Positions 62,843 to 64,000 of a DNA stretch of 64,000 nucleotides are shown one piece after another. The notes beneath the pieces were generated by a model that made no database searches, had not been told where the DNA came from, and saw only the letters and a program-made list of their open reading frames with translations. How positions within the stretch are numbered: the first letter of the stretch is position 1; every line of letters begins with the position of its first letter. Source of the stretch: Lama glama (lineage: Eukaryota); contig CM052821.1 of NCBI GenBank assembly GCA_028534125.1, positions 52,390,001-52,454,000 of the forward strand. The letters are read 5' to 3'. A program made the position numbers and the translations under genes.

Positions 62843-63303
62843 TGTGCTAATTTGGCTCATCCAAGAAACAATGCCAAGAAACAAATGTCAAGGTGGAATT
62901 AGATGCACAGAAAATTTATTAGGGAAACATCTGATAAAGGGGAGACAGTGCAGAAGCAGGCTGGGAGAGGCTCAGACCACTCAAGCAAATCTGCAAGGAA
63001 GTCTGCAAGGAAGGAGATGCCTCAGGTGACAGAATAAACCAGAGAAAGCTTTGGCCAGCCCACTGGGCAATCCCCATTAGAGGAGTCTCGCATGGGGTAG
63101 AAACGGTCCAGCTCTACCCTAGTGATTAGTTATAGTCTGGGAGCAGCCCAGGGAGGTGGGAGGTGGGAGATGGGAATGTGGTTTTGGTGTAAATGCCACA
63201 GTGGGTCTGAGGGTGTCCCAGCTGGAAGCTATAGGCTGATGATGCTGTCTGCAGTATGTTCCTCTGAAGGGGCATCTGAGCAGCATATATCCATGGCTGC
63301 CAC
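62843..63303 (-). mobile_element. LTR16-like solo LTR inserted in an L1
   Basis: aaatttattagggaaac...gaggagtctcgcatgggg...catggctgccac; interrupts the L1 endonuclease region after gacaaatccac. Confidence 0.65.
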
Positions 63304-64000
63304 GTGGACCATCACAGTAGATTATCATAATATCCAGCCCTTAGTAATTGATAGATCAAGCAGGCAAAAATGGAGAGAGCCTCCTAAAGATTAATGGACA
63401 ATAATAGACTCCCATATCCACGAATTAGAGAACATACCTTTCAAAGTACATGGGGAACTTTTACAAAAATTGCACATGTAGTTGTTCATAAAGCCACTCT
63501 CAGCCCATACAGAGAATTGATATTTGGGTATGATGAAATAAAACTAAAAATAAATCATAAAACTTTTTTTTACACCCATGTGTTTTGAAATTTAAATTCA
63601 TGGATCACCCAATATAAAGGTCAAAGAAGATATCATAAGGGAAATCAGAAAATATTTAGAGCTGTAAGATAATTAGATCACCATGTGCCAAACTAGAAGG
63701 ATGCCACTGCAGGAGTGGCAGAGGGACAGTTACAGCCGTTAACATTCACATTAGAAAAGAAGAAACACTCCAAGTGACTAAGTGTCCAATTCTAGAAGGA
63801 AGAAATAGGATAGAATAAAGCAAAAAAAAAAAAAGTAGAGGGAAGGAAATAAGGAAATAACAAAGACAGGAACAGAAATTAAAGAAAAAAATGAAAGGAT
63901 CAACAGAACTACAGCTGGATCTTTGAGAAGACTGATAAAATAGGCAGATCTCTGGCAAGAGTGGCTAAGAATATAAAGGAGAAGGGACGAGGCATTTTAG

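Larger units (their letters stand above)
60600..64000 (+). mobile_element. Fragmented ancient L1M (5' region, ORF1, ORF2 pieces)
   Basis: A-rich; agattggacagagatgaagagggaatt (ORF1-like), gaacatacctttcaaagtacatgg, ctttgagaagactgataaaatagg (ORF2). Left boundary approximate. Confidence 0.65.

Noticed and set aside
1-64000. tRNA, rRNA, snRNA genes, CRISPR arrays or prokaryote-type systems
   Set aside because: None recognised; the window is mammalian DNA with no regularly spaced repeat-spacer array.

Overview
GC-rich mammalian genomic DNA with three assembly gaps (1782-1921, 18847-19346, 55441-55940). The repeat content points to a laurasiatherian, probably a camelid-like cetartiodactyl. The one clear gene is NFAM1 (Ig-domain, ITAM-bearing receptor) on the minus strand. 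Five coding exons were resolved with canonical GT-AG sites and consistent phases: 36747-36846, 21178-21507, 20429-20541, 12288-12374 and 10866-10925. The exon expected to carry the first ITAM tyrosine is not visible and probably lies in the 500-N gap. The rest is intronic or intergenic DNA rich in old MIR, L2, L1M, MaLR, ERVL and DNA-transposon relics, including a four-layer nested transposon stack in intron 1, plus PU.1/ETS, RUNX, NF-kB and CTCF motifs near the NFAM1 5' end. The most interesting unannotated signal is a collinear series of decayed exon-like segments on the plus strand (core 58108-60540, weaker 46850-57700). By eye they resemble a zona pellucida ZP3-like gene, i.e. a possible fossil unitary pseudogene. 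This is a hypothesis that needs a homology search. Repeat family names and human comparisons come from recall, not from a database search.
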